Part shown: positions 33,117 through 44,538 of the stretch, in pieces
How positions within the stretch are numbered: the stretch's first letter is position 1
How the letters are laid out: each line of letters starts with the position of its first letter
DNA from: Epithemia pelagica
Taxonomy: Eukaryota > Protista > Bacillariophyta
Direction: 5' to 3'
NCBI GenBank assembly: GCA_946965045.2
Contig: OX337231.1
Coordinates: forward strand, 3,844,001 to 3,908,000
DNA length: 64,000 bases
Program-made: the position numbers and the translations under genes
The notes under the pieces: model-generated
The model's database searches: none
What the model saw: only the letters and a program-made list of their open reading frames with translations
What the model was told of the DNA's origin: nothing

Positions 33117-36100
33117 GCAACTGATGCAACAACAGTCGCAAGCGCCACAACCACCACAACCACAAGCAGCACAGTCTGTCTCGAAGCCACACGAGAATTG
33201 GAATTGGGATACGGCCAGCAACAACAACAACAACAATAGTGCTGCAACGGCCAACACCACCACCAACAACAACAACACTCCGAACATGGCCCCTTGGATG
33301 TTGCAACCCACACCCTTTCGACCCGCTCACTCCAACAACAACCAGCAAGCAGCGGGTGGAGACACTAGTTCGGGTTCCTCACAGCAACAGCAGCAAAACC
33401 AGCAACAGCAACAGTCATCCCAGACGAACAACAAGGCTCAGCCGCAAGCAACGCCAGCACAAACTGCTGCCGCTTCCTCTTCGTCATCGTCCACCACTCC
33501 TACTACTACCACACTTCCCCAACATTTGCAATTGTCCGGACCACAACCACAACAACAACAAATGCAGCAAATGCAACAGCTACAACAACAAATTCAACGA
33601 CATCAACAACAATTGCTCCAACTCCAACAAATGCAGCAGCAACAACAAAAGCAGCAGCAGAATCCACAACAGCAGCAAGGGCCGAATAACAACAACAACA
33701 AGACAAGTACCAACACTCCATCTCAACCACAGCAACCATCACAACAACAACCACAAGCTGCCACTGCTACTGCGCCTGCTTCGACCAACATGTTTTCCAA
33801 CAATGCGTGGACCAACACTCCCATGGGAGCCTGGATGAATTCCACCAATTATGCCTTGTCTCGATTAGGAGGATCACAACCACCACCACCTCAAGCGACC
33901 AACAATAACAATAACAACAACAAGAGTAGTACCAACCCCTCGGCCACCACCAATGCCGCGAATAGCAATAACAACTCAAAAGGCACGTCCTCTAGCACCA
34001 TGACACCCTTTGAACAAGGCTTTGCGGCCGCAGCCTCGTCGTTTCGAGCATCCTTACTGGCCGCAGCGGCAAACAACAGCAACAACAATTCTTCCGCATC
34101 ACCCGGCAACAACACGGCTGTGGCAGCGGCGGCCTTTCAACAACAATTGAAGCAGTTTCAACAACAGCAACAGACTCAGCAACCGGTACGTACCTTTTCA
34201 CGACGGATACTCTGTCGATGCTTTCTCCTTGCTCACTTTGTTCGTTTGTGCCCCTGTGCTTTGGTGATGGTCTGCCGTGGTTGATTTCGTGTGAATACTG
34301 TACAGTCCGTGCAGTCTTCCATGACTCCCAACCCGGTGACCAGCAGTTCGTCCAACCAACCACAACCACAGCAGGGAACTGTGGAGACCAACAACACCGA
34401 CAATGTAAATGCCGACAATGACGACGACGATGATGATGATGATTGGTTGTCCAATATTGCACCAACACCGCTGTCGGAAATGGTCAATTTAATGGCCGAG
34501 TCTCAGTCTCCTTCACCAGTTCCTCTAAGTGCCTTGAACACTAGCAACAACAACAACGACTCTTCTGGTCCCTCCATGGTACCCTCATCGCTGGATGCAT
34601 CAAAACCAATGCTCCCGACCACAACACCAACCATGTCATCCTCCTCTCCCGTACCGTCGTTGGGGACCAATCCTTTGGGTATGACGGCCATGACAGCCGA
34701 CGGTACGACACGAACCACCAGTGCTCCTGCACCAGGCAGCAACAACAACACAAACAATCTAAACAATGCCAATGCACTGGCCGCTCTCAAGGAACAACAA
34801 CGATCTATGTTAATGATGCAACATCAACAACGTCAGCAACAACAACAACATTCGTCTTCTTCGAGAGGAATGAGCAGTCATCAACAACCCAATTTGATGG
34901 ATCCCGACATTTTGTCCTTGCAACTCCGAATGTTGCAACAATCGCAACTGCAAAATCAATCGACGCAGCCAATGCAACAACAACAACAACAGTCGCAGAC
35001 ACCACGATTGGCACAACAACAACAGCAGCAGCAGCAGCAACAACGTCACCCTGGCCAACCATTGCCCTTTCCGAAACTTCAGCAACAAGTGCAGCAAGCG
35101 CAACAGCAGCTGCAACAACAGCAGCAACAACAGGCAAACGCTACAGGTACTACTACTACTAGTAATACTACACAGGGAGGCAACTCGACTGTTGCGGCCA
35201 TGCCAGGGTTGTTATCTTCGACCTTTCCGGGTGCTGGATTTGGGGTCACTCCAGGATTGATGCAGCAACCACAGCAGTCATCGTCTCAAGCGGCCAGTGT
35301 TCCGTCGTTGGTCACTTCTTCGCAAGCTCCTGCTACAAGCTCCAATACCGGTGCCACGACAATGGTAGCGCCGGGTCAAACCGCACAACAGCAACAACAA
35401 CCACAACCCTTTTTGTTGCCAAGCACCATGATGCCACCTTCGGTTCTAGCATCCGTGTGTGGTTCCGGAAGCCCCATCCATCGCAAGAAACGACCCAATC
35501 CATCGACGGCATCCTCTCCATCCCACGACAAGGGCCTGTCGGCCAGCGACAATAAGTCTGGGAACAATACAAATAAGGAAGCCAAACTATCGGGTAGCCG
35601 TACCAGCAGTCCCACAAGAAAAAGTGCCTTCTCGGATGTGAAACCTCAAGAGTATGTGAATCGGATCTTGCAGGAACGCGGATACGGAGAAGCATTGGAA
35701 GTACGTATTTCGGCCGACAAGGCTGGTTATGACACGACTCCCAGTCCCTTGCAATTGGCGAGTTTTGGTACCGAACTCGTCAAGGCGGTCCATACCTCGG
35801 ATGTTCAAAAATTGGGGGAGTTGCTCTCGTGTGGTTTATCGCCCAACCCCTGCAATCAATTTCGCGACTCGGTAGTGGATTTGGTGTGCAAACGAGGCAA
35901 TGAAGCCGTCTTTGCCTGTTTGGTAGAACATGGATGCAATTTGCGCGTCTGCGATGGCTTTGGTCGGACGCCCTTGCATCATTGTTGTTGGGCCAGTGAC
36001 TTTTCGGCCGAAATTGCCAAGACGATTATTGATCGGGATTGGCAACAATTGTTTATGGAAGACAAGCGGGGTCAAACACCATTGGAGTACGTTCGTGAGA

Positions 36101-36339
36101 GTCGGGCGGGAGAATGGATCACCTTTTTGGAAACGCATTGCGATGAGTTTTGGCCCGTGGGTGGACAACCACCGGTTGTCGTCAAGAGTTTGAAGGAAGA
36201 ACGGGCCGATGGCGCCTTGCCGGATCCGGATGTGTGTCTTCCCGTCCCCCTGGCGGCAGCCGTGTCGGCGGGCAAGGTCACACCCGAACAAGTGCGGGGA
36301 ATAACCGAAGAGGAACAACAAACCTTTGTCAATGGATGA
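32617..36339 (+). CDS. Poly-Q/N low-complexity protein with a C-terminal ankyrin-repeat domain, ~1200 aa, 2 exons
   Basis: Exons 32617-34185 and 34306-36339, with a phase-0 intron GTACGT..TACAG. Ankyrin motifs GLSPNPCNQF, DGFGRTPLHHCCW and DKRGQTPLEYV. Confidence 0.85.
32836..32901 (+). repeat. Perfect (CAA)22 microsatellite encoding poly-Q
   Basis: 66 nt of uninterrupted CAA. Confidence 0.95.
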
Positions 36340-37643
36340 ATATACTAGTAAAGATTCCTCCTCTTGGTTGTCTTGCTTGCAGTCGTTCACGGATTTGCAA
36401 AGACAAGCCGTTTCTCGTTCACCAAGACACGACTCTATCGTTACATTCATCTTTCGCACCCGTTGGGTTGTCGTACGCCAATGTTCCAAATTGCAGGACC
36501 ACAGGTTGTTTGCATATACGTGCATATATATATGTACAAAGGTACTCGTACAAAGAAAACGGAGGGCACCCACCTTGCGAATCATCCGACCGTCGAAACC
36601 GGAATCTATAATACATCTATAGAAAGAGGCATGCATGGCTTCGGTCTGCGTAGATATTTTCGATTCGAAATCCTTCTTGACTCCAAACCGACGATCCACC
36701 ATCGCGTATAGGCAATCCTGACGAAGCGAGGTTCGTTTGGGTGGGATTCTTCCAGTGTTGGAGTCTTGGGATATACAAGGTCCTTTGCAGGCACACCTTC
36801 ACTGCTGGCATTAGCCTCTCTCGCGCGACTGTTTTGCGGGCTCTCTCGTGTTGTGGGGACTCTTGCCGGGTTATAGAATGGTGAGAGGAACAACAACTAG
36901 CATACCATCCTACGGTAGTATTCTTCTTCTTTTTCTCGGACCATCCGCACATAACGAAATGGAGTATGAAAGTCACCACAACAACAACAACCGGATGATT
37001 CTGGATTGGATCTCTTGCCTCTAGAACTGTCATGAGGTGCCGTACGCTTGGTGATGATCTGTGTGTGTATTTGTGCGAAACGTGAGAAAACCAGTCCCCC
37101 CCGGCGTGCAAAGATGTACATGCTCGATCGGATGTCGCGAGCCAGGAGGCTTTTGCATGTGTTCAATCGCGCATTTCACTGGACAAAGGTCCCGGTTGAA
37201 GTGTGTAGCATTGTGTACTGAAGGACGATTAAACAACAAGTAGCTTCCGAGCCGTTCCTACACTTTACTCTATACAAACTACTGAGACGCATGTCTCATT
37301 GAGGACTTACTTAAGTAGACCCGACTGACCGGGCGCTGCACCAAGAAATTCCATGTCCATCCAAACGTTCGATGTGGATTTTTTGGGTATGTTTGTTTCC
37401 ATAATAATTTTCGACAACGTCGATCGAAGAGAAGCCTTTGGTTGATCTTCATCGACAGAGAGAGCAAAGGTCGCATCGCAAAGGGACTGTGCGATACAAA
37501 AGTGAAAGAGTACGAGCATTGCAGGGAGAACGAAGAAGAAGAAAGAGCAGCAAAGCTTTGCGTCTCAACCAGAGAAAACCGTCACGAAAAATATCCAACT
37601 CACGGCTACTCTCGACTCTGTTCGATTCATTATCATCATTATC

Positions 37644-39458
37644 ATGACTGCCACCGCCGTGGAATCCTCCACAATGGCAGTTCCTCAACCGCCCTCACCG
37701 TCTCGAACGGCCAAACAACGATGGACGCTGTTGCGGACCGTGACACGTGCCCAAACCTTCTTTCGACGATCCTTGCGATCGGAAGAACACGCCTTGTTGG
37801 AGCAACTTACCAATCTTGAGTTGAATGATGATAAGAATGACGACACCAAGGACATGCTGCCACCAGAAACAACCCGCAAGGATGCACCACAAGGCGACCT
37901 ACCAACACAACAAGACTGTGAATATCGACAACGCTTGTCTCAAGTCTTGGAAGAAACTTCGCTGCCTGCGTTGGAAGCTTCGTATTTGCGCAAATTGATT
38001 GCCTCCAACAAAGTGTCGTCGGCCACCGTGGACCAAGCGCGTCGATCCATTGTCTTGCAACAGCAACACCACCAACAAGTGGCTCTCTCCCACTTGTATT
38101 GCAGTACACTGGACGAAGAAGACGACGACGAAGACGAACAAGAGGAAGGAACGGCTTTGGACAAGGAGGATGAAAAGGAAACCAAAGAGGACGACGACGC
38201 CATGGCGCCACCTGCCACCCGAACCTCCTTGTCATCGTCCTCATCAAAGAACCATGGCTTTCGCCAACAACTATGGGATCCGGCCTTGGTTCTTTCTCCG
38301 AGCCGTCGTCGTCGTCTCCATCTTCAGGGAACATCATCACAGCAAGCATCCCAATCCTCCTTGGTTCTTGCGGCCGACGACACTCCAAAGGACACTGCCC
38401 ATGAGAATTCCAAACAACAAACTCATCATCATGACGATGATGATGATGACAAGAGCGACATCTTTTTTGGTTTGGTCTCCTCGTCTCCCATGCCAGACTG
38501 CTCTTCCATGCTCTTGGATCTGTGTGCTGGGACAACACCCTCAGACCTGGACAAGAATGCAACCACCACCAATGACACATCAGTCTTAACGACAGGGGAC
38601 CCGTCACAACACACCACCAAGGCAGTACCAGTCAAGCCGGACAATGACAATGATGAGGAAAACATCCAGTATACCATTTTGGGACGAGACGAGGCCTGTG
38701 ATCCGGCCGTCTTGACGCCACCTATCATGTACATGTTGCGATCTCGATTGCCGACTGTGATTAAGCACGATAATTTTTGGCTCAAGTATTCGTTGGTGAG
38801 GGATGGTGACTCGATGCGTCGACTGGTCCATGCCTTGCGAAATTCGACCCGAACCATTGTAGCGGTGGAAACGACGACGGGTCATGTTCTGGGGGCCTTT
38901 TGCAGTTCGCCGTGGACACCTCGGGGGACCACCTTTTTTGGGAGTGGCGAAGCCTTTGTCTGGCGCTTGACGCAGTCGCGAGATACCCCGTGCCAAACGT
39001 TGGACGAACAAGTGGATCTCGAACAAGACGTGCAAATCTTTGGCTGGAGTGGCCGGAATCGCAATGTCCAACGATTGGAACGTCCCGATGCTCCCATGAT
39101 TTTGGGTGGAGGAGACAATGAACAACAAGAACAAGATTCACAACAAGAAGAGTCACCAACGAAATCATCCATCAACAATAAGGAGGAATCCGTCTTCGTG
39201 ACCGCTTTATCAAGCACGCTCGAGTTTGGTTCGGCTCTTGTCTTGTCGTCCGACTTGGCCACGGGCTATACCCATGCCTGTCATACCTTTACGAGTCCCC
39301 GTCTGGTTCCTGACACTAACAACAACGATCAGGAAACCTTTGACATTGCCAATGTCGAAGTGTGGACCTTGACACCGGTGGATACCGTCGAACAAGCCGA
39401 AACGGTCGAATTGGGACGACGGTTCATTTTTGATCAAGGATCCTTTTTGGAACAATAA
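37644..39458 (+). CDS. TLDc-domain (OXR1/NCOA7-like) protein
   Basis: 604-aa ORF from ATG with WLKYSLVRDGDSM, VAVETTTGHVLGAF, FFGSGEAFVW, ILGGG, FGSALVL..DL..G and FDIANVEVW. Confidence 0.9.
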   Translation: MTATAVESSTMAVPQPPSPSRTAKQRWTLLRTVTRAQTFFRRSLRSEEHALLEQLTNLELNDDKNDDTKDMLPPETTRKDAPQGDLPTQQDCEYRQRLSQVLEETSLPALEASYLRKLIASNKVSSATVDQARRSIVLQQQHHQQVALSHLYCSTLDEEDDDEDEQEEGTALDKEDEKETKEDDDAMAPPATRTSLSSSSSKNHGFRQQLWDPALVLSPSRRRRLHLQGTSSQQASQSSLVLAADDTPKDTAHENSKQQTHHHDDDDDDKSDIFFGLVSSSPMPDCSSMLLDLCAGTTPSDLDKNATTTNDTSVLTTGDPSQHTTKAVPVKPDNDNDEENIQYTILGRDEACDPAVLTPPIMYMLRSRLPTVIKHDNFWLKYSLVRDGDSMRRLVHALRNSTRTIVAVETTTGHVLGAFCSSPWTPRGTTFFGSGEAFVWRLTQSRDTPCQTLDEQVDLEQDVQIFGWSGRNRNVQRLERPDAPMILGGGDNEQQEQDSQQEESPTKSSINNKEESVFVTALSSTLEFGSALVLSSDLATGYTHACHTFTSPRLVPDTNNNDQETFDIANVEVWTLTPVDTVEQAETVELGRRFIFDQGSFLEQ

Positions 39459-39865
39459 TGAGCAGTACACAAAAGTACGTCCCGAACACTTTCTGTTGTG
39501 GATCACCCACCCACACAAAGCAGTCGGTGTTTTATCATGTGTGCCGAAAAGGATTGTGACTTGACTTGGTGTTGTTGTGACCTCGGTCGGAAAGGAACCT
39601 GTAACTCTACGATAGTGCTGTATTCTTGCTACAAGAGAACTCTCTCTGTTTGTGTCCAATGCTACAAAGAACTCACTCGATGCGGAGTTGGTGGATCCAT
39701 CGCACAATACTCTGGAGCAGGAGAGAGGCACTCACCGACACACAAAGGTCTCATTTCTTCTGTTGGCTTTGTCTATGGACGACGAATACATGGGGTAGAT
39801 GTGTTCGTGTTTCGATTCGGACGCAACCGTCCGACGACTGACCGCGCTTCGCGCTCGCGCGGCAT

Positions 39866-40035
39866 CCACAACGCGTGACTGAAATGGACGGATTCGGATT
39901 GACCAAAAGTTTTCATGTGAACCACACAGCCTCGGACGCAGCTTCAACGGCCAACTTGATGATCAAAGAAAGGCACTCGTGTTCTTTCCTCCACAGGTCC
40001 GTTGGTTGCCTCTTCGAACCATGGCAAACAGACAC
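39866..40035 (+). pseudogene. 5' stub of an HA gene (promoter element plus start of exon 1), closer in sequence to HA3 than to HA5
   Basis: CCACAGGTCCGTTGGTTGCCTCTTCGAACCATGGCAAA matches HA3 exon 1 and is preceded by the conserved HA upstream element. Confidence 0.7.
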
Positions 40036-40140
40036 CAACGAAATCTCACCTTAACTGTGGCTACTACCTATTACTAGAGCGGACCCATGCGGGAGAGCAC
40101 TCACGAACAAACAAAGGACTATTGTTTCTTCTGTTGTCTA

Positions 40141-40296
40141 TCTATGGAAGACGAATACATGGCCGTGAAAAGGAAAGTGAACGATGGGGTAGATGTGCTA
40201 GTGTTTGGATTGGGTGCCTATCTATGAAAGACGAATACATGGCCGTGAAAAGGAAAGTGAACGATGGGGTAGATGTGCTAGTGTTTGGATTGGGTG
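40141..40296 (+). repeat. 80-bp tandem duplication upstream of HA5
   Basis: TCTATG(G/A)AAGACGAATACATGGCCGTGAAAAGGAAAGTGAACGATGGGGTAGATGTGCTAGTGTTTGGATTGGGTG at 40141 and 40221. Confidence 0.92.
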
Positions 40297-40303
40297 AGCA
40301 CCT

Positions 40304-40361
40304 CCACAACGCGTGACTGAAATGGACGGATTCGGACTGACGAAGTTTTCATGTGAACCAC
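40304..40361 (+). promoter_or_regulatory. Conserved ~58-bp element found upstream of every HA gene
   Basis: CCACAAC(T/G)CGTGACTGAAATGGAC.GATTCGGAC...AAGTTTTCATGT.AACCAC also occurs at ~10404-10440, 14363-14420, 23881-23940 and 28062-28119 (minus strand) and at 39866-39924 and 44389-44440 (plus strand). Its function is inferred from position only. Confidence 0.6.
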
Positions 40362-40407
40362 AGATGATCCACCAACTCGATGATCCAAGAAAGGCACGGC
40401 GAGTGTC

Positions 40408-41950
40408 ATGTTCTTTTCTCCACAGGTCCGTGGACTTTCTCTTGGAGCTATGGCAAAAAGGCCTGTATGTCATCCAGTTGTTCGCCGGGGCTTTGCTTGC
40501 TTGGTACACCAGCAAAAAGGCCATGGTAGAACCCTCAGAGATCTTCTCTCAAAAATTTGGGTAATGAAGCACAACTGGCCACCAATCCGCCTATTTACCG
40601 CAAAGGCAATTGATGTGGAGGGAGTGAATGCAAAAACTAGTTCAAGTAAGATAATTTTCGATGCGTAAGAGCTTGTCTTGTCCAAAACCAGCAGGACAAC
40701 AACGACAAAGCTCACAAGTTCGTTTGTTTCGATACAACGACGCAGAAACTACAACCAAAAAGTCACAAAATGAGATTCTTTGGGAGACGCGATATCAAGA
40801 ACTGATTGATTTTTGCACAGAGCATGGTCATTGCAGGGTACCAATACGGTACAAGGATAACCTTTCGCTTGGGTGTTGGGTGGGTAGACAGAGACAAGAT
40901 TACCGCAAAAGGAAAGAAGGAAAGGTCAGTCCTATGGCAGACGACCGTATCAATTTGTTGGAAAAGATTGGATTTGTCTGGAATGCACTGGAAAGTACGT
41001 GGATGGCACGATACAACGAACTGAAACAGTTCCAAGAAAGTCATGGACACTGCAATGTCCCTCGAGACTACTCTGCCAATAAGGAGCTGGGTCTATGGGT
41101 GAGTAATCAACGTACACAATACCGACTTCGACAAGAAGGTAATCAATCAAGTACAATGACAAATGAGCGCATTTCTATGTTGGAGGAGATTGGATTTATT
41201 TGGGATGCACAGAAAAGTGCGTGGATGACGCGATACGAGGAATTGATAGAGTTCAAACAACGTCACGGACACTGTAATGTCCCTAGCGATTACTCTGCCA
41301 ATAAGGAGCTGGGTCAGTGGGTGCATACACAACGTAAACAATACCGACTTCTACAAGAAGGCAAACAATCGAGTCAAATGACAAATGAGCGCATTTCTAT
41401 GTTGGAGGAGATTGGATTTATTTGGGATGCACAGGAAAGTGCGTGGATGACGCGATACGAGGAATTGATAGGGTTCAAACAACGTCACGGACACTGCAAT
41501 GTCCCTAGCGATTACTCTGCCAATAAGGGGCTGGGTCAGTGGGTGCATACACAACGTACACAATACCGACTTCAACAAGAAAGTAATCAATCAAGCTCAA
41601 TGACCAATGAGCGCATTTCTATGCTGGAGGAGATTGGATTTGTATGGGACGCATTGGAGGATGCCTGGATGCAGCGATATCAAGAACTGGTAGAATACAA
41701 GAGAAGACGAGGACGATTTCCAAGAATTAAAAAACTCGATCCATCTGCACTGATGAGTTGGATGTTCAACCAGAGAAATCAGCTATTTTGGTGGATGCAA
41801 GGAAATACACCTTGGTCGCTTACAATAGAACGTCTCAAGATGTTGTACGATATTGGATTCTTTGACGAAGACGATCGAGAAGTCTTGGAGTGGGTAAGGA
41901 ACTATCTTGAAAAAAACAACGATGAAATGAACAAAAAGGACGATGGATAA
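40408..41950 (+). CDS. HA-repeat protein HA5 (5 HA domains) with predicted mitochondrial presequence, 480 aa, 2 exons
   Basis: Exons 40408-40645 and 40746-41950; 100-nt GTAAGA..CAG intron; 1443 nt in frame; 222-bp repeat period. Confidence 0.88.
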
Positions 41951-42949
41951 TAGTGATGGTTGCAGTAGAGCTTTATTGGTTCATTTGGTTCACTATGGAA
42001 CAAAAGGATTCCGGAACCAGTCGGCCCTGTTGTAGTCAAGGGAACGCCGATCCAACAAATCCAATGATTACTCCTGACGTACGCTTCTGTGCAAAGCCGT
42101 GCTTGTGATTACGTGAAACAAATGCGACACAGTATTGTAAATGGTTATTGCAGAGGAAAAACGACATGTTGTTGTTCGCTTCTTCTCTGTCACTCTTGTC
42201 GTTCACTAGCTTTTGCGCTTTCCTGTGTGTCCGAGCTAGAGATCGGGGCGCTACCCGCTGGTCCGTAGAGCTCCAAAACACTGACAACAGTGCGCTCTAT
42301 TTGAGTCTTTCGCGATTCAGAACGAAAATGAAACTACTCTTCCGCGCCATCGTCTTGTTCGGTGGAGATCATGGTTCTGCCTTTTTGACTCGGCGAGCTC
42401 TTTGTCTTTGTGAAGGCATTCTTGTTCCATTCATGAAGAATAAAAATCGTACTCGACAACTGATTTGGGTCACCGACAATGGTGTGTGTTGGTCTCCTCT
42501 TTTTTGGGTCGGAAAACCTCTGTCATGTCCATGAGCTGTGCCATTTGCAAAAATGGACCAAAGAGAAAAAGGGCCCGTTGACATCGTGTTGCCTCACAGT
42601 TTGGATCGGTCGCCTCGCGCGCTGTCGTACAATTTTTCAAATACTGGAAGCAGGCCCTTCTACCACGCATGCTCGTCCATATTCATTTACAATACCCCAA
42701 GCCGACCATTATTTCACGCTCTCGTTTTCCCTTCGCCAAACAACTTGCCCCAGGTTTCTTCTTGGCTGTGGAAGAGAGAGCCAAAAAGACATTTAAAAAG
42801 GAAGCAGACGCCAACAAAGGATGGTCCTTTACATCCTTGAGAATTCACATTCAAGCAAACAAAACACAAGGCGGAAAGAAGTAGGATGATTCAATTGTCC
42901 ATGAGGCTCCCGGTTTCTGCCGTGCAAGACAAAATCCAGCAAACGAATC

Positions 42950-43670
42950 CATGATACCGACATGTGACAAACCATGAGATCAGTGCTTTCGTTCGATCCA
43001 GTTACTTCCGTAGGTTGAGCCGAAGCTGCTAGATTGGCGAGACCTGAACCACGAGCCGAATGATTTGGTGGTGGTGGTGATGGTCCAACGTTGAGAGTCT
43101 TCAAGCAAGTCCAAAATGTCCAAAACAGTCCTCGCCATCCTTCAAGCAAAACAATTTGGCAGGCGAAGTGCCGCATTTCGAGGGTTGTTTTCGGATTCAA
43201 GTTCAGTGGTTACATCTCGAACTTCTGGATCGAGAAACAAGTCGATAAGTTCTTGAAGCTTGACATGATACAATACTCGTCGTCCGACAGACCACCTGTG
43301 TAGTTCTTATTCCGAATGGAGAGGATGATCATTTCGTCTGAAAAATGCACGATGGGGATGCATTGGCTAGCCCCAATGTGGATATCACGTGAATCAAGCC
43401 GCTCTCCCCCATCACTGTGTCGCCCGTTGAATGTTGGCGCCGATGTTGGCCATGCACCCCTTTGAGATGGTGCTGTGCAAGTGAAACCATACGAATCGCA
43501 GAACGAATATGGATCAAGGGCCGTGTAAATTTCATCGCCAAGAGACGCACTTTTGACGTTCTCTTGAATCTTTTTGGAGTCGCTTTCGGCTTTTGTGATT
43601 GTGTATACCGTCGGTTTGGACACGAGTCATGTCCAGTTAAAGCCATTATCTTCAATCGGTATCATGGAAA
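42950..43670 (-). pseudogene. Degenerate copy of the ART gene at 5827
   Basis: TKAESDSKKIQ..SASLGDEIYTALDPYSFC, SQCIPIVHFSD and KLQELIDLFL match the 5827 gene; stops and frameshifts are present. Confidence 0.85.
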
Positions 43671-43689
43671 TAGTCTTGCAGAAGACGTT

Positions 43690-44215
43690 GGTGACGACCG
43701 GTGTCTATACCGTGCGTGCCGGTTCCATTCTCGTTCAAAATCTGGCCCGTTATAATTTGCTGTTATTCGACAAGAATCGATCCTCCAACCACGCAAAATT
43801 AATGGAGTTGGTCAAATATCAGCCCCAAACGGTTTTTTTAAAACTATTGTTGGTTGGCGAGGATCATCCACCGGACAATCCCTTTGGCGTTCGAGTTGGA
43901 GTTGGTGTCCATGTGAATGGAGCGTGGGCGTTCGCCATGATGGATCGGAATCATTCCAACTTCATGCTTTTGTTTCAAATGGTCCATGCAATCTTGCGTT
44001 TACTTTCCAAACCAACCATGCGACGCTCATGATGTGATGTAACCGAGTATCTACGACAAGGGCAGCAACAACCACGCCACGAAAACGATCCACTGGAACA
44101 TCCTTATCAGGCGGCTGTCTTGATTTGACGAAAGGGCGATTTTGGCGTGGAGCGTCTTGCGGATCGTGGCCGAACAACCCACGTTCCACCGACAGTTTCT
44201 CAAACGAAACACTTT
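43690..44215 (+). pseudogene. C-terminal FAD oxidoreductase remnant (OR-F)
   Basis: GVYTVRAGSILVQNLARY..YQPQTVFLKLLL..GAWAFAMMDR..SNFMLLFQM, followed by frameshifted ENDPLEHPYQAAVLI. Confidence 0.85.
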
Positions 44216-44538
44216 TGATAGTTACCAATAGAGTGTGGCCAACAAAACATTACGATCCTGAAGAAGAAGGAATAACAGAAATGCGGTCCTTCTCGCAGTC
44301 AAGGCCAGATGGAGCACAGACGGAGGCAACGGCTTTTTCGTATTCTATGTTCGCTTCACACTCCACACCGAGCCATCATGCTCGCAAATCGTGACAGAAA
44401 TGGACTGATTCGGACGTTGACCAAGTTTTCATGTATAACCAAAAACGTGATGGATACCATGGGCCGCAATCGGGTAATCCAAAGCTAAAATATGATCTTG
44501 GGGCACGATTTGATAACCAGTTCGGAGCAAAAAACACG

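Noticed and set aside
36400-37600. Several Cys/His-containing short ORFs between the ankyrin and TLDc genes as a retroelement relic
   Set aside because: No gag knuckle, protease, RT or integrase motif, and no LTR or TSD, could be identified.
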